DNA of 64,000 bases, taken from Akkermansiaceae bacterium. Lineage in GTDB: Bacteria > Verrucomicrobiota > Verrucomicrobiia > Verrucomicrobiales > Akkermansiaceae. Positions within the stretch are counted from its first letter, which is position 1. Each line of letters begins with the position of its first letter. This document shows positions 37,672 through 47,900 of this stretch, in pieces. The stretch is taken from assembly GCA_051251915.1 (NCBI GenBank), contig JBPOGF010000003.1, positions 32,001 to 96,000 of the forward strand, given 5' to 3'. Made by a program: the position numbers and the translations under genes. The notes beneath the pieces are model-generated. The model had not been told where the DNA came from and searched no databases. It worked only from the letters and a program-made list of their open reading frames with translations.

Positions 37672-38676
37672 TTATTTCCTACGGCGTAGCATGAAGGCAA
37701 GTCCTCCAAGGCCGAGAAGGGCAGTGGATGAAGGCTCTGGAACTAAGCGAACTTGTAGATCGGAACCGACCACTTGTTTTTCCCAACCTGCAGAAGTAGC
37801 AGCTGAGCTAAGAGCAAGGCCATTGTCAGTGAGAGCACCTTCCCAAGACATGACAGTTTGCCAGACGTTGGTTACAGCACCACCTGCATCATAGAGGTCC
37901 AGAATAGAGCCTGATTCGAAGGTTACGTTTCCGGCTCCTACGCCTGTGCCAGTGGTTACATCAACTAAGATGAGTGTTGAACCTCCTGCATCGAGTCCTA
38001 GTTTTAGTGTTCCTCCAGAGGCCTGATTCCAAGATCCATCAAGAGATCCATTAGAGCCGATTCCAATGGTGGAGGCATTACTGCCGACTACGCTAAACGT
38101 ACCACCGCCGCCTACACCAACTCCAATACGAGAGGTAAATGATCCACCTGATATTTCGTAAAGTCCAGTGGCTCCACCAACTCCGACTTCCATTGAGGAG
38201 CCACCTGCGATGCCCATGAAGGAATTACCTCCACGAGATGCAGCAAAGCTACCATCAGTTTGAGTAATTGTGCCGTTACCTGCAGCACCGTTACCCACTA
38301 CGACGATGTGACCTACGTTATATACGGTGGAAGCTCCAGATACATTGACTGTGCCAGTGCTTCCGTTACCTATATAATTACGTGTGGTGTTTCCAGAAGC
38401 ACTATCAGAGTGATTACCAGCAGTAATGTTAAGTGTTGCCCCACCTTCAACGTTGATTCGATTAGAGTTACTGTCTACTGTACGGTCGACGGTGAAAAGA
38501 CCGTTGATAGTTGCTGTTGTACCAGCAGCTGGTGCTAGATCATCATCCCAGTTTAAAGCGGTCGAATATTCTGTGTCTGCGCCACCTCCGTCCCAAAGCG
38601 CAGCTTGTGCGTTAGATGCCACGAGGACACCACTGAGGGCACCTATGGTTAATATGTTGAGTTTTGATTTTTTCAT
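37672..38676 (-). CDS. PEP-CTERM sorting domain protein (Gly-rich, beta-helix-like)
   Basis: Signal peptide. WDGGG..ALNW N-terminal motif, G/T-rich repeats, C-terminal VPEPSSTALLGLGGLAFMLRRRK. Confidence 0.92.
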   Translation of the reverse strand: MKKSKLNILTIGALSGVLVASNAQAALWDGGGADTEYSTALNWDDDLAPAAGTTATINGLFTVDRTVDSNSNRINVEGGATLNITAGNHSDSASGNTTRNYIGNGSTGTVNVSGASTVYNVGHIVVVGNGAAGNGTITQTDGSFAASRGGNSFMGIAGGSSMEVGVGGATGLYEISGGSFTSRIGVGVGGGGTFSVVGSNASTIGIGSNGSLDGSWNQASGGTLKLGLDAGGSTLILVDVTTGTGVGAGNVTFESGSILDLYDAGGAVTNVWQTVMSWEGALTDNGLALSSAATSAGWEKQVVGSDLQVRLVPEPSSTALLGLGGLAFMLRRRK

Positions 38677-39143
38677 AATTATTTTTGCTTTCTATTGTTT
38701 TTATCAAAGGCTCTATTCAATGAGCCTATGTTAGAGTGCAAATGAGTCTATAGGGAGGTAGCTAGCATTCAATCTATTTTCTAGTAATCGTGTTTGAATA
38801 GACGTTTGGCTAAGCATAAGAATGACAGTAATTTATGACTTAAGTGTGTAATGCGATCGTAGTGTCATTACTTAATTAATTTGATAGTATGTGGCTTTTT
38901 TTGTGGTTAACTTATTTATAGTGAGTATGATATGAGTTTGTGTTTTGAGTGAGTACGTCCATTGGGTAGAAAAATATGGGTTAGTCCCTAAGGGATACAT
39001 GTAATTTTAAAGCAGTTTTAGATGACTCATAGACGTAAAAAGGTAACTAATTTGGCGTGATAAGTAAAAATTTATGCCTGACTCTAAACTTGGATGTTGA
39101 ACAGATTCAATGCGTAATGTGAATTTAAGGGGTGGGTGTTTTC

Positions 39144-39905
39144 TTAGTCGGGTTTTTTCTGAGAAAATAGCCATTTCAGGACTTCTGGGTTGTTGTAGGT
39201 TCTGGTCCAGGAGTTGTGGGCTACGCCGGGGTATTCGGTGTAGTTTGGGGTGCCGCCGGCTTTTTTGATGGCGGCGATCATGTCTCTGGAGCGTGAGGTT
39301 TTGACGGCGGTGTCTTTGTCGCCGTGGAATGCCCAGATGGGGAGCTTAGTGAGTTTGGCGGCTTGGGCGGTGTCGCCTCCTCCGCAGATGGGGATGGCGG
39401 CGGCGAAGAGGTCTGGGTGCCGCTGGATGAGGTCCCAGGTGCCGAAGCCGCCCATGGAGATGCCGGTGATGTAGATGCGCTGTGGGTCTACGGGTAAGGT
39501 TTTGATTTTTTCTTGGAGCAGCTGGGTGGCGAGCTGCATGTTGGTGGATGGTTCAGGTGGCATGGTGTGGGAGAGGGCTCCCCAGGGGGCGTTGACCCAT
39601 TGATGGTTTTTGGGGCATTGGGGGGCGATGATGAAGGCGTTTTGGTTGGATTTTTCTGAGTAGTTTAGGAGTTCTTGAGCACCGTGCTTGAGTTGTTTTT
39701 GGTTGTCATTTCCTCTTTCGCCAGCGCCATGGAAGAAGAGTACGAGTGGGTAGAGTTTTTTTGGGTTTAGATCTTTGGGAATGTGGATTCGGTAGTTGAG
39801 AGATTGTTTGTCGGCAGACTCGTAGGTCATGGCTGCGAATTTCTCTTGAGCGGCGTGGGTGATGCCACAGAGTAGGAATCCAATTAATAATAGCTTCATA
39901 TCCAT
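39144..39905 (-). CDS. Secreted alpha/beta-hydrolase (esterase/phospholipase-peptidase family)
   Basis: LFFHGAGERG, nucleophile elbow GISMGG, AFHGDKD, HNSW. Confidence 0.85.
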   Translation of the reverse strand: MDMKLLLIGFLLCGITHAAQEKFAAMTYESADKQSLNYRIHIPKDLNPKKLYPLVLFFHGAGERGNDNQKQLKHGAQELLNYSEKSNQNAFIIAPQCPKNHQWVNAPWGALSHTMPPEPSTNMQLATQLLQEKIKTLPVDPQRIYITGISMGGFGTWDLIQRHPDLFAAAIPICGGGDTAQAAKLTKLPIWAFHGDKDTAVKTSRSRDMIAAIKKAGGTPNYTEYPGVAHNSWTRTYNNPEVLKWLFSQKKPD

Positions 39906-40010
39906 CAGTAGATAGCGGAATATGAGGGAGTGAACGATGCTAAAATGATTTGGTCTGGCGAAAAGTTATCATTTGCCTATCGGCTATAGTCTGCAAGAGT
40001 AGATGTGCAG

Positions 40011-40979
40011 ATGGGTAATGAAGAAATAGAAGCTGGTGAGTGGGCGATAGAGGCGGAGAATATGCGGGTGGATTATGGCAATACGGTGGCGGTGAAGGGG
40101 CTGACTTTGAAGATTCCGTATGGTGAGGTTTATGGGCTGGTGGGGGCGAACGGGGCTGGGAAGACGAGTACATTTAGTGTCTGGGCGACGTTGATCAAGC
40201 CGACTTATGGGAATGTGAAAGTAGGTGGTGTGGACATCTTGGAGAATCCGGATAAGGCGAGGAAGATGATGGCTTACATGCCGGATCTGGCTCCGGTTCC
40301 TAGTGATCTCAAGGTGTGGGAGTTTTTAGATTTGTTTGCGCGGAGCTATGGATACTCTGGGCATGAGGGGAAGGAGCGGTGGACGGATTGTCTAAAGATG
40401 GTGGATCTGTGGGATAAGCGGAATGATTTTTGTAAGAATTTATCACGAGGTATGAAGCAACGTGTGAATTTAGCGAAGGCTATCATCCATAACCCGAAGG
40501 TGATCATACTAGATGAGCCGGCGAGTGGGATGGATCCGCAGTCGAGGGCTAAGTTGAGGGTGATCTTGAAGAAGATGGCTTCTCAGGGGACTACGGTGGT
40601 GGTGAGTTCGCATATTTTAAATGAGCTGAGTGACATGTGTAGCTCGGTGGGGATCTTACATCACGGGGAGTTGATCGATAATGGTGAGCTGCAGCAGGTG
40701 GTGGATAGAGGAGAGGGTGGAGAGTCGCAGATGTTGATCTTGGTAGCTGGTGAGCAGGTGGAGAAGATAGCGGAGTTGAAAAAGTTGTTAGATGAGAAGC
40801 TTGCGGATAAAAATTTAGAGGCTGTGATTATGAAAGGTGGCGTTGTTGTTACTGTGCAGGGAGGAATGGATGAACAGGCGGCATTGCTAACGCGGTTAGT
40901 GGGTGAGGGGATACAGATACGTTCCTTTGCTCCAATTGGGTCTGGGATTGAACAGAGATTAATGGAGATCAATAGATAG
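40011..40979 (+). CDS. ABC transporter ATP-binding protein (ABC-2/exporter type)
   Basis: Walker A GANGAGKT, signature LSRGMKQR, Walker B ILDEP, SSH switch. Confidence 0.93.
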   Translation: MGNEEIEAGEWAIEAENMRVDYGNTVAVKGLTLKIPYGEVYGLVGANGAGKTSTFSVWATLIKPTYGNVKVGGVDILENPDKARKMMAYMPDLAPVPSDLKVWEFLDLFARSYGYSGHEGKERWTDCLKMVDLWDKRNDFCKNLSRGMKQRVNLAKAIIHNPKVIILDEPASGMDPQSRAKLRVILKKMASQGTTVVVSSHILNELSDMCSSVGILHHGELIDNGELQQVVDRGEGGESQMLILVAGEQVEKIAELKKLLDEKLADKNLEAVIMKGGVVVTVQGGMDEQAALLTRLVGEGIQIRSFAPIGSGIEQRLMEINR

Positions 40980-40980
40980 T

Positions 40981-42732
40981 ATGAGATCAGGAATAGAAGC
41001 TCAGGAAGCGAATGCTAATTTGAAGCCAGTGATGTTTTGGCAGCTGTATAAGAACCCGATCTTACTTCGGTATGTTAGATCTAGATTGCGTTGGAGCGGG
41101 TTGTCAGCGGCGTTGATTTTGACCTTGGTGATTACGGTGTTCACCTTTGTCATCAGTTATAATGGAGCGGTGAGGTTTTCCTATGAGAATAGTGTGAATG
41201 CTTATCGTGCGGCTTTTTTGCCAGTGTTTATGATCCAAGTGATCATTATGATGTTTATAGGAACTGGCTCGGTGGCAAGCGGGATCACACAGGAATATGA
41301 GGATGGTATGGTGGAATACCAGCGGCTGACGCCAATGTCTCCTATGGCTAAAATCCTAGGCTATTTATTTGGTCTGCCGATACGGGAGTGGTTTTTGTTT
41401 CTAGTGACTTCGTTTTTCATAGGGATCATTGTGGTCAAAGGAGAAGTGCCTATGGACTCGGTATGGCGGGTTTACTCGGTATTCTTTCTATCGATCATTC
41501 TTTATCATTTGATGGCATTGGTGGTGGTGCATAGCATGAAGAAAAAGCGTGTTGCGGGGCGTGTGATTCAGTTGTTGGTGGTGGTATTGTATTTTGTGTT
41601 TCCGCTACTTTCTCAGTTTGGATTGGTATTCTTTGAATACCTAACTGTTAGGCCGATTTTGAAGGAAAACATCTTGGAGTATATTCCGAAGGGTGTGAAT
41701 ATGCGAAGATTATTAGATTTGGATGGTGGGGCATCGACCGTGCCATTTTTTGATCATCAGTTGAAGGCATGGAGTTTCTCGATGATTTTGATGACGTCGT
41801 TGACGGTTTCGTTTCTTTTCATGCTCAATAGGCGATGGAAGGATGTAACGAGCCATCTCATGAGTAAGCCATTTGCGCTGATATTTTTTGGCTTTTTCAT
41901 GCTATTTCTTATCGGGAACACGTTGCCAATCGCTAAGGAGGGTGACATGAGTATCACTAAGAGCTTTGTTGAAATACGTGAGAAATCGTTGCTCGATAGG
42001 ATTGAACAATTCAGGGATAGAGAGTCGGTTCGGAAAGCATTCGAAACTCGTCTAGAGAGATACCGAGAGAAGACTCGTGGTGGGCAACCAGCAGCAGATG
42101 CGCCGGTAGCACAGACTGTGTTTGGGTCTGTGTGTGTGATGTTTGCGTGTCTTGTTGTTTATGTGATGACCCCTAAGAACGAGAAATACCTACTTGGGCT
42201 AAGGCGAGCTAAAAATTTAAACAAGAAGTGGATACCTTTTCATTGGGATGAGGCGCCGGGGTTACTGTCTACACTATGTGTGATGGTGTTGCTTGTAGTG
42301 ACGCTGTTTTGCTTTAGCACGACTTTGTATAATGCGCCAACGATGCCGACTAAGATCCGAGAATTGATTCCGTTTATCCCTGTAGTCTGCCTGTTTGCGA
42401 GTGTCGTGGTATTGGTATTTTATTTGGTGTTTGAGGCGTGGGAGAACAAGGGGTTATTCTTGTTGATCTTATGCATCTGGGTGCTGCCGATTATGGTGGC
42501 TATGGTCGTGGCGGTGCAGTCTAACCATTACTCAACATTGGTCTGGGTGTCATCGGTTTCTCCGATAGCTGCGTATGGCTATGGGATGTCAGAGGCGATG
42601 ACGTTGCCGGTGAGAGAGGCGTTCTATGTAAGCTTCGGGTTGCAAGTTTTGATTGGAGGGTTTGCCGGATTAGCTTTGTATACTAAGAAAATGAATGGCC
42701 GTAAGGTGCTGTTAGAGCAGCCGGTCGATTAA
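40981..42732 (+). CDS. ABC-2-type permease-like polytopic membrane protein
   Basis: Starts 1 nt after the ATPase gene. NPIL..YVRSRLR, ITQEYEDGM..LTPMS..ILG motif, many TM helices. Confidence 0.7.
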   Translation: MRSGIEAQEANANLKPVMFWQLYKNPILLRYVRSRLRWSGLSAALILTLVITVFTFVISYNGAVRFSYENSVNAYRAAFLPVFMIQVIIMMFIGTGSVASGITQEYEDGMVEYQRLTPMSPMAKILGYLFGLPIREWFLFLVTSFFIGIIVVKGEVPMDSVWRVYSVFFLSIILYHLMALVVVHSMKKKRVAGRVIQLLVVVLYFVFPLLSQFGLVFFEYLTVRPILKENILEYIPKGVNMRRLLDLDGGASTVPFFDHQLKAWSFSMILMTSLTVSFLFMLNRRWKDVTSHLMSKPFALIFFGFFMLFLIGNTLPIAKEGDMSITKSFVEIREKSLLDRIEQFRDRESVRKAFETRLERYREKTRGGQPAADAPVAQTVFGSVCVMFACLVVYVMTPKNEKYLLGLRRAKNLNKKWIPFHWDEAPGLLSTLCVMVLLVVTLFCFSTTLYNAPTMPTKIRELIPFIPVVCLFASVVVLVFYLVFEAWENKGLFLLILCIWVLPIMVAMVVAVQSNHYSTLVWVSSVSPIAAYGYGMSEAMTLPVREAFYVSFGLQVLIGGFAGLALYTKKMNGRKVLLEQPVD

Positions 42733-43269
42733 TAGGTCGTGTGATTCGATGGGGATATTGCCTGTGGTAACGACCTGGCAGGAAAATACGACTCCGAGTG
42801 TGATCGCATCTGGGCGTTTTCTAAGGAGGTAGCGGTCGTAAAATCCGCCGCCTTTTCCTAATCGTTCGCCGTTGATAGAGTAGGCATAGGCTGGGCAGAG
42901 GAAGAGGTCGATTGTTTGTGGAGCCACAACTTTATGGATTGATTCATTAGGTTCGCGAATGCCGTACTCAGACATTTTCATTTCTAGTAGATCATCGACT
43001 GTATAGAATTCCATTTGGCCTCCAGCAGCACATTTTGGGTAGCAAAAACTTACCTCTGGTGCTGTTGAGTGGAGGGCGTCGAGGTTCATTTCATATGGCA
43101 TGGCGGCATAACTAGCTACCGTCTTGATGCTTGGCGATGATTTGAGGAAGTGGGTGATCTTCTCAACCATTTGCTGAGATTCTAGGACTTTCTCGATGGT
43201 GGGCATTGCAGCTAGTAGACGTTTGATTTGCGTCCGGAGCTGTTGTTTGGTGGGTTTATCTTCAGTCAT
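42712..43269 (-). CDS. 5-formyltetrahydrofolate cyclo-ligase
   Basis: KQQLR, YGIREP, RLGKGGGFYDRYL and PIESHD motifs. Confidence 0.92.
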   Translation of the reverse strand: MTEDKPTKQQLRTQIKRLLAAMPTIEKVLESQQMVEKITHFLKSSPSIKTVASYAAMPYEMNLDALHSTAPEVSFCYPKCAAGGQMEFYTVDDLLEMKMSEYGIREPNESIHKVVAPQTIDLFLCPAYAYSINGERLGKGGGFYDRYLLRKRPDAITLGVVFSCQVVTTGNIPIESHDLLIDRLL

Positions 43270-44740
43270 CCTTGGCCCAATGTTTAGATCGCTCGACGGC
43301 TTTATCCCAGCGTTTTCGTTGGGAGGCTAAGTCTTTATTCCATGGACTAGGGGAGAAGCTGACGTCTTCTTGCCAGAGTGCGGTGATTTGCTCTTTAGAT
43401 TCCCAGAAACCTACTCCAAGGGCGGCAAGGGCGGCGGCTCCAAAAGCGGTGGTTTCAATGTTTTTAGGGCGGACTATTTTGCACTGCATCTGGTCTGCTT
43501 GTATACGCATGAGTAACTTGCTGATACAAGCGCCTCCGTCTACTCTGAGTTCTGATACCTGAATGGAGCTGTCTTTAGCAATGCATTCTAATAGTTCTGT
43601 GGACTGGAAGCTCACAGCCTCAAGAGCCGCTCGGCAAATATGTGCCCGAGTGGTTCCACGGGTCATTCCTTGGATACTTGCCCGTGCGAATGGATCCCAA
43701 TGGGGAGCTCCAATGCCTGTGAAGGCTGGCACGAAGACGACTCCGCCGTTGTCATCGACTGATTTGGCGAGAGTATCAAATTCGTAGACATCTTTGACGA
43801 TTTTTAAGCCATCACGTAGCCAACCGAATATGGCACCGGCCATGAAGACAGAGCCTTCGAGGGCGAATTTGCGTTTGCCATTTAGTTGCCACGCCACTGT
43901 GCTCAGTAGTCCTTGATTGGATTGAACGATGCGCTCGTCGGTATTCATGAGCATGAAGCAACCGGTTCCATAGGTGTTTTTAATCTGTCCTGGTTTGAAG
44001 CATCCTTGGCCGAATAGTGCGGCTTGTTGGTCTCCTGCGATGCCTGAAATGGGAACTCCTGACCATTTCCCGATCTCTCCAGAGCTGTCGACTATTTCTG
44101 GAAGCATTGATCTTGGGACGCAAAACATTTCTAACAGGTCGTCATCCCACTTTCCGGTGTGGATATTATAGAGTAGTGTTCTGCTGGCGTTGCTTGCGTC
44201 AGTGACATGAGATTTTCCTCTGGTGAGATTCCAGATGAGCCAGCTATCAATAGTGCCCAAGCAGAGTTTGCCTGCTTTTGCCTTATCTCTAGCTCCTTCT
44301 ACATTGTCTAGTATCCAGCGTATTTTTGTGGCTGAGAAATAGGGGTCGGCATTGAGTCCCGTGAGTGAGCGGATTACTTTTTCTACACCAGCGTCCTTGA
44401 GTTGTTGGCAAACTTTAGCGGTGCGGCGGTCTTGCCAGACGATGGCGTTATGAATCGGCTTTCCTGTGGCTCGATCCCAAACCACTACGGTTTCGCGTTG
44501 GTTAGTAATGCCGATACCTGCGACGTCTTTTGCGGTGATACCCGCTTGAGTCATTACGTCTAGCATAGTGCCTAGCTGGGTTTGCCAGATTGCTTCAGCA
44601 TCATGCTCAACTAATCCAGGCTCGGGATAGATCTGAGTGAATTCTTTTTTATTCACCGCTACCACCTCACCATTCTTATCAAAGACCACAGTTCGCGAAC
44701 TTGAGGTCCCTTGGTCCAGTGATAAAATGTATTGAGCCAT
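43262..44740 (-). CDS. glpK: Glycerol kinase
   Basis: LDQGTSSSR, GITNQRET, WQDRRT, GDQQAALFG, KNTYGTGCF, LRVDGGA and ETTAFGAA motifs. Confidence 0.96.
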   Translation of the reverse strand: MAQYILSLDQGTSSSRTVVFDKNGEVVAVNKKEFTQIYPEPGLVEHDAEAIWQTQLGTMLDVMTQAGITAKDVAGIGITNQRETVVVWDRATGKPIHNAIVWQDRRTAKVCQQLKDAGVEKVIRSLTGLNADPYFSATKIRWILDNVEGARDKAKAGKLCLGTIDSWLIWNLTRGKSHVTDASNASRTLLYNIHTGKWDDDLLEMFCVPRSMLPEIVDSSGEIGKWSGVPISGIAGDQQAALFGQGCFKPGQIKNTYGTGCFMLMNTDERIVQSNQGLLSTVAWQLNGKRKFALEGSVFMAGAIFGWLRDGLKIVKDVYEFDTLAKSVDDNGGVVFVPAFTGIGAPHWDPFARASIQGMTRGTTRAHICRAALEAVSFQSTELLECIAKDSSIQVSELRVDGGACISKLLMRIQADQMQCKIVRPKNIETTAFGAAALAALGVGFWESKEQITALWQEDVSFSPSPWNKDLASQRKRWDKAVERSKHWAKDD

Positions 44741-44985
44741 ATAACACTATAATAGACCATTCCCTCTACGGTGAGTCAATAGTAGAGAATTATGATGAAT
44801 TGTTTTCATCGTAATCTGTTGTAAATCAATGTTAATAACTTAAAATAAGTTTGCTACGATTACGTAATTGTCACATGATTATGTTTGAGAATCAGATTAT
44901 TAGGAGCTAGTTTTTATGCATGGATAATATATACATTATACATACATGTGAATGGCTAGCATAGGCAACCTATCCCGATTATAAA

Positions 44986-47900
44986 ATGAAAGCTTACCAA
45001 AATCGACAAACACGAAGAAAGATCCATAAGGCAACCAGTGGTGCTCGTGGTTCTGATAGAGGCTTTGCTCTCATCTCGTGTATAGCCATCATGAGTCTCC
45101 TGCTGATGTTTAGCGTGGCCATTTTGAAGCTATCAACAATTGAAACTAGACAAGCCAATGAATCTATTGCCCAAGAAGAGGCACGAGCAAATGCGCGGCT
45201 AGCTTTAGAAATGGCACTGGCCCAACTCCAGTATGCGACTGGAGCAGACCAAGTAGTCACAGCTCGTGCTGATCTTCTTTCTAATGACCAAACGATTTCG
45301 AACAAAAACTGGGTCGGAGCATGGAGCACTACTTTCAAGCAAAATAGCATTGATCCAGCATGGCCACTGATAGGTCAAAAAACAGACAGCGGTAACGCCA
45401 TCTATGCGCATGAGGGAGCTTACTCCGACCTCAGAGAGACCGTCTCATTGCTCACTGATGGAAAATGGAAAAATGAGCTTCTCATTGATTGGCTAGTGAG
45501 TTCGCCTGCGGAAAAATTTGACCCATCCATCGTCTTGGATCCAACTGATGAAAGCGTGATAGAAATCCTTGGGAAAGGTACACTTGGGGAGTCGATCGTT
45601 GAGCCTGATTACATCGCAGACCGTGTGTTGGTGAAGAAAATTGATATCAGCGACGAGTCTGCGATAGCTTGGTGGACGTCTGATAATAACCAGAAAGCGA
45701 GTGTCAAACCACGACAGATCAGCGATGCTGAAAATGAAATTACCTCAAGTCCGATCGAGAATCCGAAGTTCATTCAGCTAGATAGTGCATACCCATTTGA
45801 AGACTTCCAAGAGAAGGCAATATCTAAGAAGGATAAGATCATTTCTCTAGATTCATCTCACCTTTCCCAAGATGCCCCACTCAGCGCGAAGGAGTCATTG
45901 GGGCGTTTCACTCATGATCTTACTTATCATTCGCCGGGCATGTTTATCAACACTGCTAAGGGTGGATTTCAGCGAGATCTTACGCCGTTGTTGTTTGCCA
46001 AGAAAGGGGATAAAACGGTTGAGTTCGTGGCTCCTAGCAGCAGGGTTTCTGATACCGCATTCAGCTCAGATTATCCTATTATAGCCAGTAAATACCACGA
46101 TGTCCTAGCTCCTACATTTTCTGCACTTCGTTATTGGGGACTTCAGAGATACAGCGCTGGAAACACCATCGACACTACTCTCTCAAACAGTGCAAGCAGA
46201 GTGAGATCGAGTACAAACTGGGCACACAATCAGAGTGATGGGGTTACCTTTGAGTCTGTAGATTGGGCCGCTGAGATGCCAAAGACCCACCCATTGATGA
46301 CGGATTCACGATGGCACTATTATTTCTCTATCAACGGTAGTAGTATCCGTACCCACATCATCCCTAGAGTCTGTCTTTGGAATCCATACAATACGGAAAT
46401 GGAAATCGACGAAATGGTGGTTATGATGCCAAATCCATTTTATAAAGCTTCTGGTGGATTTCATTTTTACTTCGAAGATGGCGAGGTGCAACGAGTGCAA
46501 AATGATACGCCGAATAGCAGTGATTATATTCACCAATGGGTTAAGAAGCAAGCCAGTCCAATAGGAGATCTTTACAAATCTAGGCTCCAAGCGACAGATC
46601 TATTCCCTGAAAGACGCTACTTAGCATTCACTCTTAAGGGCGCGACTCTAGCACCTGGCGAGTGCCATGTATTTTCACCTAGTATCTCATCACCTGATGT
46701 GGCGGCGGGAGGAGTAAGTCTATCTGCCTATGAGCCAGATAATATAGCTAAAAACACTCTTAGCTCGGATGCTGTTCAAGGTGAGGATCATTTCTATTTT
46801 GACATAGCATCCACACAGATCGAGATACAAACTTCATCATCTTGGAAGACGCTATCAAGTTCTACTCAGAGCAAACTGAACCTAGAGATGATTCATGACT
46901 ATCGTCCGGAGACTGGTGAGTTGGTAGAAAATTTCCCCTTCATCCTCAAAGCATCAAATGGAACGATTCCATCACTGAGCGACCTGTTGACATCTAGATC
47001 TCACCCTACTCTCCAGCTTATAAATAATGGAACAGGAGGAGTTGCTCCATCCTACTATTTCTCCTACACGGGGTCACCGTGGGGGAGTGCTAATACGATC
47101 GGCTCGTTTGGATCGATGCAGAGTTTCCAGGATGCGCCCTATAAAGATGCGCCGGGAACTCATCAAGTAGGTGCGAAATTAGTCTGGCTAGATGAATCAA
47201 CTACAGAAGGAAATAGAGCACCACTTCGCTACGGGACGTCGTCAACGACTCGTTGGGATAAGGATCATATGGCCTATCATCCTGCTACCATAGCTAACTG
47301 GAATGTCAGAGCCCAGCTTACCTCCAGATCTCCTATCGCACAATGTGCCGAAAAATGGTATTTGTTTAGCACAGGTCCATGGATTCTTCAGTTCATCCCT
47401 AAGACTCCTCAGGATGCGAACGATAGTCCACAGTTAAACTATAATGGTACGGCCTTTGTAAAAAACCCGCTCGGGTTGGCTGTGAATTTCTCTTCCTCAC
47501 CAAATGTGGTTCTCTTTGATCTTCCGCACCGTGAGCATGGAATTCATTCGCTGGCAGCCATGCGCCACGCGATGCTCAGTCCCTATTCATGGCACCCTAG
47601 TTATATCATCGGCCACTCACTAAGAGACCCGCATGCACCAGCTGATACCACAACTCATCCGGAAGTGGTGAGTTCAGCCGGATCCGGTGGTTTAAATCAC
47701 TGGGATCAGCACATTGGAGGTTATAAAGCAGGATTTAGTTATGGAGCATCGAACGAGAAGAACGACTCGCAGGACTTACTCCAGATAGGTAGTGCTGCAG
47801 TTACGAGAAGTATCGATTCCACTTCGCTTAGCTCTAACAATGATATTCTTCCCTACGATGTAGCGTATGAAGTGAATCAGAATATCTGGGATGATTACTT

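Noticed and set aside
38738..38752. Sigma54 promoter for PEP-CTERM gene 37672..38676
   Set aside because: A TTGCA -12-like half is well placed but the -24 GG is missing (TATAGAC).
38677..39143. ncRNA or riboswitch in long AT-rich intergenic regions (also 34740-35152, 15690-15952)
   Set aside because: No recognisable conserved RNA motif by eye. An Rfam/Infernal scan would be needed to exclude one.
43262..43300. 6S RNA upstream of 5-formyl-THF cyclo-ligase, a common linkage
   Set aside because: glpK overlaps the gene start, leaving no intergenic space.
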